Source: Octopus vulgaris
Taxonomy: Eukaryota
DNA length: 64,000 nt
Assembly (NCBI GenBank): GCA_951406725.2
Contig: OX597823.1
Span: 14,260,001-14,324,000, forward strand
Reading direction: 5' to 3'
Shown: positions 1 to 13,506 of the stretch, piece by piece
Layout: every line of letters begins with the position of its first letter
Numbering within the stretch: position 1 is the stretch's first letter
The notes under the pieces: generated by a model
What the model was told of the DNA's origin: nothing
What the model saw: only the letters and a program-made list of their open reading frames with translations
Database searches by the model: none
Made by a program: the position numbers and the translations under genes

Positions 1-493
1 GAGAGAGAGAGAGAAAGAGAGAGAGAGGAGAAGAGCGTGAATGTGTGAAGTACTTGCTATCTCTTCTGCGGGCCCCTAGCCCGCCTACCCACCTATTAAC
101 CACCTATCTTCAACAAACTAGTCTCCTGCGCACCAGTTAATTGTTGTAAGAAAACCAGCTGTCCAGGCGGTAGTCTGTCTCATCAAGCGTCTCAGCATTT
201 CACGAACGATCTGTCGAGCTCATTATAATCTCTTCTTGTAGGTAATGTTAGCTAACACTTATCTTCAACTGTTAACAGGCTGACTAACTCACAGATAATA
301 ACTCCATGTGATACGGGCATGTACATACGTATTTGTGCATCCGCATGTGCGAGCGTGAATGTATGCATATATTTGTTCATAATGTATTCATACATGCATA
401 TACATAAGCATGTGCAAAGATATGTACGTACATATAGCACATATATATGTGCTATTTATATATGTGTGAGTATATGTGTGCTATATATGAGAA

Positions 494-714
494 GAGGGGG
501 CTGAAAACTTCCTGGGTTGGGGTAAAATAATATTCCGGAGAATCAGTTAAAAAGGATTTTATCTAACATTCCCCTCTAAGATACACACACTCACACACTT
601 ATTGCAGCAATCCTTCAGTTTTTCTAAGTCCTGTAAAAGAATTCGGGAGGTTGGACTTCCAACCAAGCCTTTCGCAGAACTGTTAAAAGCCAGGATCTTT
701 TCAGTACCCCCACG
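494..714 (-). mobile_element. Mariner-derived MITE (degenerate)
   Basis: TIR-like GAGGGGGCTGAAAACTTCCTGG / CCAGGATCTTTTCAGTACCCCC; minus strand retains a transposase C-terminus (KLKDCCNKCV..LRGE). Confidence 0.7.
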
Positions 715-724
715 CGTGTGTGTG

Positions 725-772
<48 letters not shown>

Positions 773-850
773 CACATGACTTATACAGGCTACAAATCGG
801 TGAGAAACGCGGTAAAAAAAAGGGAAAAGGAAAAACAAATGAAGAATTAG

Positions 851-1530
851 TTATGTCTCCTTTGACCGTAAAGTCGTAAAGGTTGGCAGGTGTGAAATCA
901 ATGGAAGGAGTCCAAAGTCTACGATGTAGCTGCTAAATTCCCAATTAGTCAAAAGAAATTTGACCATATGTTTGCATTTGCTGATAACTTCTAATGTGGA
1001 ATTCAGTAGTGCGGTGGGATTCTTAGATCTAAAAAGGATATGCGATCTTTCGGTTACGCATAACTTGCATTTTGATCCATTAACATATGGCATGGATTTT
1101 TTACGATTTTCCACTTGATTGTATGAGGCGTGGAGTTCATCTTCAAATCCCATACGTAACTAGTCTACAAAATAGCTTTACTTTTGTCTACGTTCTCGAT
1201 GTAAATCTTTTCGGTTATGTTATTAAGTAGCGTTGCTGTAACTTCTGCCACTTATACAACGGAGTTTATCATGCACGTCTTATCGAGTGGACAAACTCCA
1301 GGGTCTCGACAGTTACAACTGGGAGTGGACTCTCGGTGGTGTTTGCAGATAATGATTCTCTTCATATTGGGGCAGCAACTATATGATGATTTAATTGAGC
1401 GCCTGTTAAAGATCTTTCTGTATTTGTGATTTTCTGGGAAATGCTTATCTAGGAGAGACAGACATCTTTTACCTACGTTAGTTATAACAATGAAGGAGAA
1501 GGAAGGGGTAAACCAAATTATTTTCCTAGG
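851..1530 (-). mobile_element. Penelope-like retroelement 3' fragment (RT thumb/linker and GIY-YIG endonuclease), decayed
   Basis: Minus-strand translations RKIIWFTPSFS..TNVGKRCLSLLDKHFPENHKYRKIFNRRSIKSSYSCCPNMK, CNCRDPGVCPLDKTC and KCKLCVTERSHIL..LLNSTLEVISKCKH..KFLL are the typical PLE linker and endonuclease motifs; contains stops and frameshifts. Confidence 0.88.
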
Positions 1531-2399
1531 TCTATTCTTAGGTCTATCATTATTAATCGTATTATTTCTAGAATGGTTGTAATATAACTGCTAGGGAATT
1601 GTTATAGTAGGAAAATTCCTTAACGGAAAAATAAACTATAGTGGTTAGGGCATTTAGTTCTATTCTTAGGTCTATCATTATTAATTGTATTATTACTAGA
1701 ACGGTTGTAATATATCTGCAAGTTAGAATATTGTCATAGTAGGAAAATTCCATAACGGAAAAGTAAACTATAGTGGTTAGGGTATTTGGCTCACAAATCA
1801 CGAGTTCGATTTCTAGCGGTGCGTTGTGTCCTTGGGCCAGACACTTTATCTCATGTTGCTCCAGTCCATTCAGCTGCTAAAAAATTCAAAGGGTTAGCCC
1901 CGTCACATTCTGTGAATCTTACTGAAGACCTACGTTTAGGATACGCATGTTCGTGGAGTGTATGTTAGTTTCGTGAGCAGGCTGTTGCTTTGATCAGATC
2001 AACTGGAACGCTTTTATACACACACACACATACACACATACACGCACGCACACACACACACACACACACACACAGACATACACACACACATACACACACA
2101 CACGCACGCACGATTACTGGTTTTAAATTTTGAAATAAACCAGCAATGTCGGAGGTGAGGCAAAGTCGACCTCGGCGGGATTTGAACTCTGGACGTGAAG
2201 ACGGAGGTAATGCCGCTAAACATTTTGCCCGGCAAGCACTGCTTTTAGTCGAGAAAATCGACCCTAGGACTTATTCTTTGCAAGCCTAGCTCTTATTCTA
2301 TCGGTCACTTTTGCCAGACCGCTAAGTTACAGGGACATAAACACACCAGCATCAGTTGTCAAGCGATGATGGGGGGATAAACACACAGACAGACAGACA

Positions 2400-2453
<54 letters not shown>

Positions 2454-4017
2454 ACGGACTTCTTTCAGTTTCCTTCAACTAAGTCCAATTACAAGGCTTT
2501 AGTCGGCCCGAGACTGCAGTAGGTGCCACGCAATGGGACTGAACCCGGAATCATGTGGTTGATAAGCAGGCCACTTATTACACACCCGCCACACCTGCGC
2601 CTATATATATAACTATCAAAAATACTTAAGCTTAGATTTCTCTCTGTCCCTCTCTTTCTTTCTCTCTCTCGCTCTCTTTCTTTCCCTCTCTCCCCCTCTC
2701 TCTCGTATATCATACTTGTTTTCTACTAAGTGCACAATGTTGTAACTCCTATTAGCAAATGAAACACGTGTAATGGTTACTAAATAATACTAATAAATTT
2801 TTCGATCTTCTATTTTGATACATAAATAAATGTGCGTACATATATGTGTGCGTGCATGTATATGCGTGTGTATATGTGCGTGCGTATGTATGTATTTATG
2901 TATATATATATATGTGTGTGTGTGTGAAACGTAGCTTTTACTATAATTATATTTGCCTGAACCCGTATATTATTACTTGACTTACTTAAGTTTCACATTT
3001 ACATAACCGCTCCTTTGTTCAAGATGGTGTCAGGACTCTCTTATTTTCTTAAATAACGAAGGTTATTTAATCGCTCGTGGTATCTGATAACTCGTAAAAC
3101 ACGTGTACTATACAGTAATTGTAGTTGCGCCACTTGCAAGTGGTTCGATTATATCGAAGACAAATCCAAATGCGGATCGACGCAGTTCGATATTGTCGGA
3201 TACTCCGCGTCCGTTTCTACAAGTCGTCCTTTGGAACAGTTCGTTCTACTCAAAGTGGTGGTCTGCGGACTGGCACCAGTCTGCGAGCCATTAGCTGCCG
3301 GTATGCGGCGAGCTGGCAGAAACGTTAGCACGCCGGGCGAAATGCTTAACGGTATTTCGTCTGCCGTTACGTTCTGAGTTCAAATTCCGCCGAGGTTGAC
3401 TTTACCTTTCATCCTTTCGGGGTCGATAAGTTAAGTACCAGTTACGCAGTGGGGTCGATGTAATCGACTTAATCCGTCTGTCTGTCCTTGTTTGTCCCCT
3501 CTATGTTTAGCCCCTTGTGGGTAATAAAGAAATAGGTATTTCGTCTGCCGCTACGTTCTGAGTTCAAATTCCGCCGAGGTTGACTTTACCTTTCATCCTT
3601 TCGGGGTCGATAAATTAAGTACCAGTTACGCAGTGGGGTCGATGTAATCGACTTAATACCTATGTCTGTCCTTGTTTGTCCCCTCTATGTTTAGCCCCTT
3701 GTGGGTAGTAAAGAAATAGGTATGCGGCGAGTTTCCAGAAAAGAAAGAAACATTATAAAATGCTTATAAAATGCATATGTAACATTGTATTATTTACTCT
3801 TTTGCTCGTTTCAGTCATTTGACTGCGGCCATACTGGAGTACCGCCTTTTAATCGAGCAAATCGACCCCAGGACTTAATCTTTGGAAGCCTAGTACTTAT
3901 TCTATCGGTCTCTTTTGCCGAACTGCTAAGTTACAGGGACGTAAACACACCACCATCGGTTGTCAAGCGATGTTGGGGGGATAAACACAGACACACAAAC
4001 ATATACACACACGTACA

Positions 4018-4075
<58 letters not shown>

Positions 4076-4468
4076 CATATATACGACGGGCTTCTTTCAT
4101 TTTCCGTCTACCAAATCCACTCACAAGGATTTGGTCGGCCCAAGGCTATAGTAGAAGACACTCGCCATAGAACTTTATAAAATACGAACGGATCTAGAAC
4201 TGAAATGAGAGTGAAACATCTGTACATCACTGGATTTAAGTGACAAAAGCTTGTCAAACACTTTTGCCAGTCTCTCGATCATCATTGGTGGTTCCAGTGG
4301 CAAGCATTGCAAGATGCAACAATTTTGACTGCAAGCTTTATGTCAGAGCATCTTTCTCCCAGAGGAGCTACCTTCGCTATGGCTTTGTCTCACTGGATTT
4401 TAGTGATGAAAAGCTTGTAAAGCAATCATGCCATTTTCTCGGTCTTTATTGTAGCTTTCAGTGACAAA

Positions 4469-4625
4469 CAGGGGCGGACTGAGCCGTCGGTCAATCGAGC
4501 ATTGCCCGAGGGCTCGGAGCTCTAAGGGGCTCGCACTCTACATGTTAACTCTACTGATATCAATGCTAAGGAGACCGATAAACAGTTATGCCCGAAAGCC
4601 CTTAGATACTCTCAGTCCGCCACTG
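4469..4625. mobile_element. hAT-like MITE
   Basis: TIR CAGGGGCGGACTGAG / CTCAGTCCGCCACTG; imperfect 8-bp TSD GTGACAAA/GTGACTAG. Confidence 0.75.
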
Positions 4626-5130
4626 GTGACTAGCATTGCGAGATGATGTTTTGACGGCAATTGTTGTGTCAAAATATCTTTTTCTTAGAGGAGCTGCCTT
4701 TCCCGTGGCTCTGTGAAAAATAACAGGAGCCCTCCTCTACTTCTGGGAAATCTAATAAACTCATAGATGGTACCATGACAAGTACTACGGTTCCGGGTCA
4801 TAATGTATCTGGGAGTAATGGCAATTAAGGTGTAAATTCACGCTCCCCACAATGCCAGAACTCTTGTACTGGAACTTCGCTACCGGAAGTAGTGCAAACG
4901 TACATACATACATACATACATACAGACAGACAGACATACATACATGCATGCATACATACATACAGACAGACAGTGACAAACATACAAATGCGCTCATATA
5001 TATAGACACGCAGAGACAGAGGTACGTAATATAAATATATATATACATACATATAAACGCCATGATAGACCGTTAGCTCCTACACGCATTTTTCCCTTCC
5101 TTATTTCTCTCCTTGTTTCTTTTCCGTGTA

Positions 5131-5168
5131 TTTTTCTGTCGAAGAGCGTAGGCTCGAAACGTAAAAGA
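5131..5168 (+). ncRNA. Minimal type-I hammerhead ribozyme-like motif (variant core CUGUCGAA)
   Basis: TTTTT-CTGTCGA-A-GAGC(GTAG)GCTC-GAAA-C-GTA-AAAGA within a ~210-bp module (5058-5268) flanked by TA repeats. Confidence 0.65.
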
Positions 5169-5382
5169 CTTGTTCTATTTCTATTCCTGAGCGCCATACT
5201 AATACATTTGTTTGTTTGTACTCCACCTGCCTTCGCCTTTTGTTTATTTTCGTAAACCTTCCCGTTATACATATATATATTTATATATTTATATATAAAG
5301 TTAATCCAAACAAAAAAACAAAAAGACAACAACGCGAGGATGTGGAACAAATAAAGTATTATTGGGCGCTCAGGAAAGAAGG

Positions 5383-5433
<51 letters not shown>

Positions 5434-6400
5434 CACACACACACACACACATACACACACATATATACATATATAAACGCATAAAAATGTACGTGTGTGT
5501 ATGTATGTGTGTATATATGTGCGTATGTATGTATGTATGATGAAATTTACTGCTCTGTCTAAAAATAAGTTGTCTGTGCATGTCCATTTTTTTGTCAAAG
5601 AGAGCGACATCAATTACCTATCAATCTGTAATACATGATAGCAGTTGATCTGATGTCGCTATTATTACACCACACTAACACCGTAACATATTTTTATAGA
5701 CATTTCTTTATGCATCGCACTTTTTCGGCCTCCGTGTGTTGGTATATTCCCCCCTTGGCTGAATAAGTGTGTGGATGTGCACATGTGTGTGTGCCTGTGT
5801 GCGTATGTATGTGTATGTGTGTGTGTGTGTATGTGTGTGTGTGTGTATGGGTGAACTCGTATGCATATATGCTTATTTATGGAGAGCCGTACGTTCGTCG
5901 TCTGCTTTCCGCTTGCAGTGCATGTAGCCTACTCAGTGTATTCAAACATACGTACAGATTCATACAACACGTCTTCTGTTTATCTCTTTCTCCTTCACTC
6001 CCACTCTCTCTCTCTCTCTCTCTTTCTCTCACTCCCTTTCAGCGTTTTTAGAAAAATGCTCTCGCGCATGCTCAAAAAACAAATCACCCTTCCGACACCA
6101 TTTTGCTTTCGTTTACACGTATATATGCGTTCTTTTTATTTATTCGTCCAATGGTTTCTTTGTTTGGAGAGCGGCTATGCTGAATAAAAACGTCTTCAGA
6201 GTTTTATTATTTCGATCTAAAATAAATTTATTTTATCCATATTTATTTGTCGAACCCCTAAGTTACGGCACAAAACTAGAGAAAACAGACACGAAGATTG
6301 GGTTATAAACCGGTGAAATGACATCTTACAAACCATACAGAGCAGAGAATACTGAGAACAGCACCATCTATTGCACTAAATGCACATTGGGCAATACGGT

Positions 6401-6810
6401 GGGTCTTTTCGGTTTGAACGCCAGTTTTTTCTAGCTGTGTCATATGAAATTGTCACCCATAATTATGACCCTAGTATCGATTTATTGCGTTTCAATCTGT
6501 TTTAGGGCTAGGGGTGGGAAGGGTACCTTTTTTTTTCTTCAGAAATGTAAATAAACCCAATCTGTTTCTTAAACGAGGGACATATTCATACGGCACAGAA
6601 TGTTTTTTACCTCAATACACATCAGTGATTCGTTGAAATTGCAGAAATTGAAGAAAAAAAACAACAAATATCTTACAAACTATAGAATTTTCTCAATAAA
6701 GTCAAGAGAAAAAGATGTTTTATAAACACATTCTACCAGTATACGAAGTTAAAAATTTTTTAGTTACTTAGAAAGTATGTTAAAAACTGCCGTTCAAACC
6801 GAAAAGATCC
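6401..6810 (+). mobile_element. MITE family A (GGATC-TIR, internal TTAGGG), copy 1
   Basis: TIR GG(A/G)TCTTTTCGGTTTGAACG(G/C)CAGTTTTT at both ends; 7-bp TSD ATACGGT. Confidence 0.92.
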
Positions 6811-8114
6811 ATACGGTTCTTAGTGCACTCTGGAGAAAAGGACCATACAGTCACAGTTGGACTACCTTTCATCATAATAACTTTTGTTTGATCATGGACA
6901 TTCTGCGGGATAAACTACAAATAAAATAGCCTACATTCCAGGAAAAAGCGTCATCGCAGTTTCTCAAAATAGTAAAATTAGCAGCCAAATCGCCATCACG
7001 TCACACGTTATGGTAATTTTAAGAAAGGAAAGAGACACTGGGCAATGTAGTTCGTGATATACCACCGAACAAAGGCGGTGAGCTGGCGGAAACGTTAGCA
7101 CGCCGGGCGACATGCTTAGCGGTATTTCGTCTGCCGTTACGTTCTGAGTTCAAATTCCGCCGAGGTCCACTTTGCCTTTCATCCTTTCGGGGTCGATAAA
7201 TTAAATACCAGTTACGCACTGGGTTCGATATAATCGACTTATTCCGTTTGTTTGTCCTTGTTTGTCCTCTCTGTGTTTATTTAGCCCCTTGTGGGTAGTA
7301 GAGCAATAGGTATTTCGTCTAGCTTTATGTTCTGAGTTCAAATTCCGCCGAGGTCGAGTTTACCTTTCATCCTTTCGGGGTCGATAAAATAAGTACCAGT
7401 TACGCACTTGGGTCGATGTAATCGACTTAATCCGTTTGTCTGTCCTTGTTTGTCTCCTCTATGTTTAGCCCCTTGTGGGCAATAAAGAAATAAGAAACGC
7501 TAGCACGCCGGGCGAAATGCTTAGCGGTATTTCGTCTATCTTTACGTTCTGAGTTTAAATTCCGCCGAGGTCAACTTTACCTTTCATCCTTTCGGGGTCG
7601 ATCAATTAAGTACTAGTTGCTTGGAAAAGATATACTAATGAACAGCCTGGTTAGTAATGTAGTCAGTCAACCTGCTAGAGGTGACAACCAAAGATTAATC
7701 ATATCGTATTTAATCGCCTTCAAAAATGAGTGGAAAAGTAAGTACCCTGATAGATTTGTTTAGTCAGAGCTCACTTAAAACTGACCAAACAATTATATAT
7801 ATTTAGCGCTGATGAGCAATCATTTACGTCAGTAATTAACAACCTTAATTAAATAATTATTAAATGCGATCTTTAAGATATTGCCTCAGAATAAAAACGT
7901 ATATGCACATATGTTTGCATGTATATAGAGGCGCAGTCGAGGCTGTGTGGTAAGAAGCTTGCTTCCCAACCACATGGTTCCGGTTTCAGTCCCACTGCGT
8001 GGCACCTTGGTCAAGTGTCTTCTACTTTAGTCTTGGTTAACCAAAGCCTTGTAAGTGGATTTGGTAGACGGAAACTGAAAGAAGCCCGTCGTATACATAT
8101 ATGTATATATATAC

Positions 8115-8145
<31 letters not shown>

Positions 8146-8437
8146 CGTATGTTTGTGTTTGTCCCCTCAACACCACTTGGAAAACCGGTGTTCGTATATT
8201 TACGACCCCGTAACTTAGCGGTTCTGCAAAAGAGACAGACAGAATAAGTACTAGGTTTACCAAGAATAAGTCCTGGGGTCGATTTCTTCGACTAAAATCC
8301 TTTAAGGCGATGCTCCAGCATGGCCGCAGTCAAATGACTAAAACAAGTAAAAGAATAAACGAGTACATATTCTTTTAGTCTTTCACTTGCTTCAGTCATT
8401 TGACTGCGTCCATGCTGGAGCATCGCGTTTATACATA

Positions 8438-8640
8438 CAAACTTACATAAATCAACCAATTAATTAGCACATTACAAATAAAATCTACAAGTGGAACAGT
8501 AAAACTATGCAAGAATCTTCTCAGGTTTAAAATCTGACATTGTTTTCGTTATGGACATTCCAGAGATGGAGCTTTGTATCTTTGTTAGAAACCAGCCCCT
8601 TCTTCAGAGAAAGAATTTAAACGATTAAATACAGAAGAGA
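8438..8640 (+). mobile_element. RLE family, second subfamily 3' end
   Basis: LISTLQIKSTSGTVKLCKNLLRFKI* then GGAGCTTTGTATCTTTG.TAGAAACCAGC and AGAAGA(G)A-(CATA)n. Relatives at 33165-33430 (+), 35495-35680 (-) and 34218-34440 (+). Confidence 0.65.
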
Positions 8641-9692
8641 CATACATACAGAAGATACATACATACATACATACATACATACATACATACATACATACAT
8701 ACATACATAATACATGCATGCATACATGCATACATACATGCATACATACATACACACTTATACGTATATTTGTTTACAAACTAGAGAATAGTACACACTA
8801 GTACATACATGCATGCATACATACATGCATACATACATACATGCATACATACATACATACATACATACATGCATACATACATACATACATGCATGCATAC
8901 ATACATGCATACATACATACATACATACATACATACATACATGCATACATACATACATGCATACATACAAACATGCATACATACATGCATACATACATAC
9001 ATGCATACATACATACATACATACATACATACATACATACATGCATGCATACATACATACATACATACATACATACATACATACATACATACATGCATAC
9101 ATGCATACATACATACATGCATACATACAAACATGCATGCATACATACATGCATACATACATACATGCATACATGCATGCATGCATACATACATACATAC
9201 ATACATACATGCATACATGCATACATACATACATGCATATGTGCATACACACTTATACGTATGTTTGTTTACAAACTAGAGAATAGTACACACTAGTACT
9301 TACATGCATGCATACATACATACATACATACATACATGCATACATACACACATGCATACATACATACATACATGCATACATACATACATGCATGCATACA
9401 TACATACATGCATACGTACATACATACATACATACATGCATACATGCATACATACATACATGCATACATACATACATGCATGCATACATACATACATACA
9501 TACATACATACATACATACATACATACATACATACATGCATACATACATGCATACATACATACATACATACATACATACATACATACATACATACATACA
9601 TACATACATGCATGCATACATACATACTTACATACATACACACGTATACGTATGTTTGTTTACAAACTAGAGAATAGTGCAAACTAGAGAAT
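8640..9692. repeat. Higher-order (CATA/CATG)n array with a ~50-bp anchor repeated three times
   Basis: TATACGTAT(A/G)TTTGTTTACAAACTAGAGAATAGT at ~8759, ~9254 and ~9645. Confidence 0.9.
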
Positions 9693-9874
9693 TGCACATT
9701 CCATGTAGTATATATCTTTTTATATAGAAAGAGCAGTTTTTCTTTTTTAATAATGTGATATTTAAAACATGACCTTGGTCTAGTTTTTGCGATTGTAGTT
9801 TATTATCAGAGTGTTTAGTTATTATTATTCTACTAGTAGTCTTTACGTACTTGTGGAAAACTCTGTATAGGATA

Positions 9875-10155
9875 AAAACTTAGATAAAACTTAGATATGT
9901 TTCGACCAGAGATTGGTCCAGGCCATGTCTAACTTAATAGCACCACCTGATAGGATTATTCGAATCCTGTTCAAGTCAAGTTTTGTTCAAGTAGTGAGTT
10001 CTTGTTGGGTGAGTTGTATCCAGTTTTGTTCAAGTAGTGAGTTCTTGTTGGGTGAGTTGTATCCAATTATGGGTGGCTTATCTGGTATTCTTTGAAGGAA
10101 TCTATCCAGACTCTGTTTGAAGTTGATGAGATCCTTTTCCTCTTTGATCTCTTGT
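9875..10155 (-). mobile_element. LINE 3' end (related clade)
   Basis: Minus strand KDLINFKQSLDRFLQRIPDKPPIIGYNSPNKNSLLE with an internal ~43-bp tandem duplication and a 3' stem-loop GACCA(ATCTC)TGGTC-GAAACA. Confidence 0.7.
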
Positions 10156-10355
10156 TTGCCAATTTTTTTCTCACCAACTTATATTTTGTATTACTAGATG
10201 TGAATTACAATTGCTCCTTGCTGTAAAATGCACGGTGAGGCAGTGGAAGATAGTTATAAGTTGATGGCCAATAAAACAGTTGGAGCCGGACGTTTACAAC
10301 TTTAACATTTGTATATGAGTAAAATATGAGTAAATATAAGTATATGAGTAAAAAA

Positions 10356-10677
10356 GGAGGTGCAACGGCTCAGTGGTTAGGGCAGCGGACTCGCGGTCGT
10401 AGGATTGCGGTTTCGATTCCCAGACCGGGCGTTGTGAGTGTTTATTGAGCGAAAACGCCTAAAGCTCCACGAGGCTCCGGCAGAGGGTGGTGGCGAACCC
10501 TGCTGTACTCTTTCGCCATAACTTTCTCTCTCACTCTTTCTTCTGTTCGCCTGCTCGCTTAGCCAGCGGGGTGGCGTCATTTGAAGGCTAAAACAATGCG
10601 AAGCGCATTGTGACCAGCGATGTATAGTAACATCTGATAGCCTGGTCGATCACGGTGATCACGGTGGTCACGGTGAT
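10356..10677 (+). mobile_element. tRNA-Arg-like-headed SINE
   Basis: GGCTCAGTGGTTAGGGCAGCGGACTCGCGGTC..GGTTTCGATTCC head; tail ends in (CACGGTGAT)n-like repeats. Confidence 0.88.
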
Positions 10678-10882
10678 ATGAGTAAGTATATTTACAAATG
10701 ACACTGGTTCATAAGGTCGTGGTTTCTCATTGATGTATTTATAAGAAGCTTTATAATTTTGGTGCTATCGAAATATATAATTAATGTCAACTTTAGGTCA
10801 TGTGCAATATATTTTGAATGTTGTTTTATGAGAATATTGACAGGGTCATTTAGTATGTAGTTAGTTTGCATTTATTTCATAT

Positions 10883-11268
10883 CAGAAGCACTCCGTCGGT
10901 TACGACGACGAGGGTTCCGGTTGATCCGATCAACGGAACAGCCTGCTTGTGAAATTAACGTGTAAGTGGCTGAGCACTCCACAGACACGTGTATCCTTAA
11001 CGTAGTTCTCGGGGACATTCAGCGTGACACAGAGAGTGACAAGGCCGGCCCTTTGAAATACAGGCACAACAGAAACAGGAAGTAAGAGTGAGAGAAAGTT
11101 GTGGTGAAAGAGTACAGCAGGGACCACCACCATCCCCTGTCGGAGCCTCGCGGAGCTTTTTAGGTGTTTTCGCTCAATAAACACTGACAACGCTCGGTCT
11201 GGGAATCGAAACCACGATCCTACGACCGCGAGTCCGCTGCCCTAACCACTGGGCCATTGCGCCTCCAC
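10883..11268 (-). mobile_element. tRNA-Arg-like-headed SINE (same head, different tail)
   Basis: Head and body are the reverse complement of 10356-10545; the tail CGTCGTCGTAACCGACGGAGTGC is unrelated to the neighbour's tail. Confidence 0.88.
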
Positions 11269-11839
11269 ATATACTTCATATACTTTGTGTGTGGTTAGCG
11301 TATTATTAATAGGTGAAACGTGTGGATAAATTTATTGCGTTGTATTTATGTTTGTATTGTAGTAAAGCATGGTCTGTTAGTTTTAATACCCGTTCTTTGA
11401 TTATGTTTAGATTTGCCAGCGCTATCGGCTTGTGGTAGTAATGTGTGGCCGTATTGGCAATGATAGTAATGCATATTTTTGTTGCTAATCTAAGGAAGTG
11501 CTGTATGTGCTTTATCATTTTTCATTGTCAACGTAGGTTGCATCGTAATTCCACAGCTGCTCTATGGCACACACAAACACACACACATATACACGCACAC
11601 ACAGATACACACACATACGCGCACGCTACTCACAAACACAGGAATCGTTAACGCGCGGTTTTTGCAGCAGTGCATCATGTGATAGTCATATAAACAATGA
11701 CGTGATATCGCGACCAATCTGATACCCACGATAGTCAATAATAGTGAAATACACACCTACGATAGGGATCGACACAGACGTCTGATTGATCGAGTATTTA
11801 TGAAACTTGAAGCAACGGGTGAAAAAAAAAAACGTATAT

Positions 11840-12338
<499 letters not shown>

Positions 12339-12611
12339 CGGTAGAAGGCATCCGCCTTGTGTGTGTCTGTGTCTGTGTGTGTATTGACGTCGGAGGAGAG
12401 CCACTGATTAGCATTCATGAAAATACAAAATCACTGGTGATCTAGCTATGCCCGGATTGCCTCCCTTCTCAGTCATTAAAGGAATGTGCATTCTAGTGGC
12501 AATGAGTTGTTTTGACTCGTATTTCTAGTAATACTGGCTAACCAGTGCCCGAAGTCACTTTACTAACGTATATATTTCTTCCTTTCGGTTGTAAAATTAC
12601 AAATAAGCCAC

Positions 12612-12659
<48 letters not shown>

Positions 12660-12682
12660 GTATATATATATCTATATCTATA

Positions 12683-12757
<75 letters not shown>

Positions 12758-13234
12758 TAGCTTACGACATGCCATCAATTATGATGGCTAATTGTAGTAT
12801 TTTATATATAAATAAGGTACATAATAATCACACATACTTCCCTTGTACACGCACACACATACACACATATACTCACACAAAATTGAAACGCTGTTTTTTC
12901 ACCCCCTTACTTCCTTATTCATCTATCACCCTTTCCTTTCTCTCATTGCTATTACTTTCTCTCACTTCCCCTCAGTCAGGGCTACTACTCTCACTACTTC
13001 TCCTTCACTGAATTACTATTTTCTCTCCTCCTCCGCGTCCGGCGTGATTTTGGATATATATATATATATATATATATACAAATATATAAAAACACTACGC
13101 CCATTATTGTATTAGAAGATATATATATATATACATACACACACAGACATATACATGCACGTTTATAGCTTGCCATTTCTATCTATATCTTCCCGTGTTT
13201 ATTATTCAGGTATATGTGCGACTATGTATGGGTG

Positions 13235-13286
<52 letters not shown>

Positions 13287-13425
13287 CGCGTGTGATCCAT
13301 GCCTAATCATACCACATATATTTTCTTTCAGATATCTTTTTATTTATAAACACACATACAAATACGTGAGTACGTGTGTGTGTGTGTGTGTGTGCAAACG
13401 TGACTGAGTGAGTGTATGTGTGCGT

Positions 13426-13506
<81 letters not shown>

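Noticed and set aside
3103-3331. GC-richer short ORFs that look exonic
   Set aside because: Contain a hAT/Charlie-like terminal motif (CTACTCAAAGTGGTGGTCTGCGGAC) and no recognisable protein similarity or splice pair.
7809-7875. CTGATGA-GCA...TGC-GA hammerhead-like start
   Set aside because: The GAAA box reads GATC and no helix III or stem I partner follows; at best a dead relic.
8755-9692. Repeat-spacer pattern resembling a CRISPR array
   Set aside because: Spacers are 350-450 bp of microsatellite, the context is eukaryotic and there are no cas genes.
10356-10430. tRNA-Arg-like sequences (also 11195-11268, 17940-18015, 40575-40645, 43682-43743, 46682-46760, 57670-57743)
   Set aside because: They are SINE heads: acceptor stems do not close and most run into SINE bodies.
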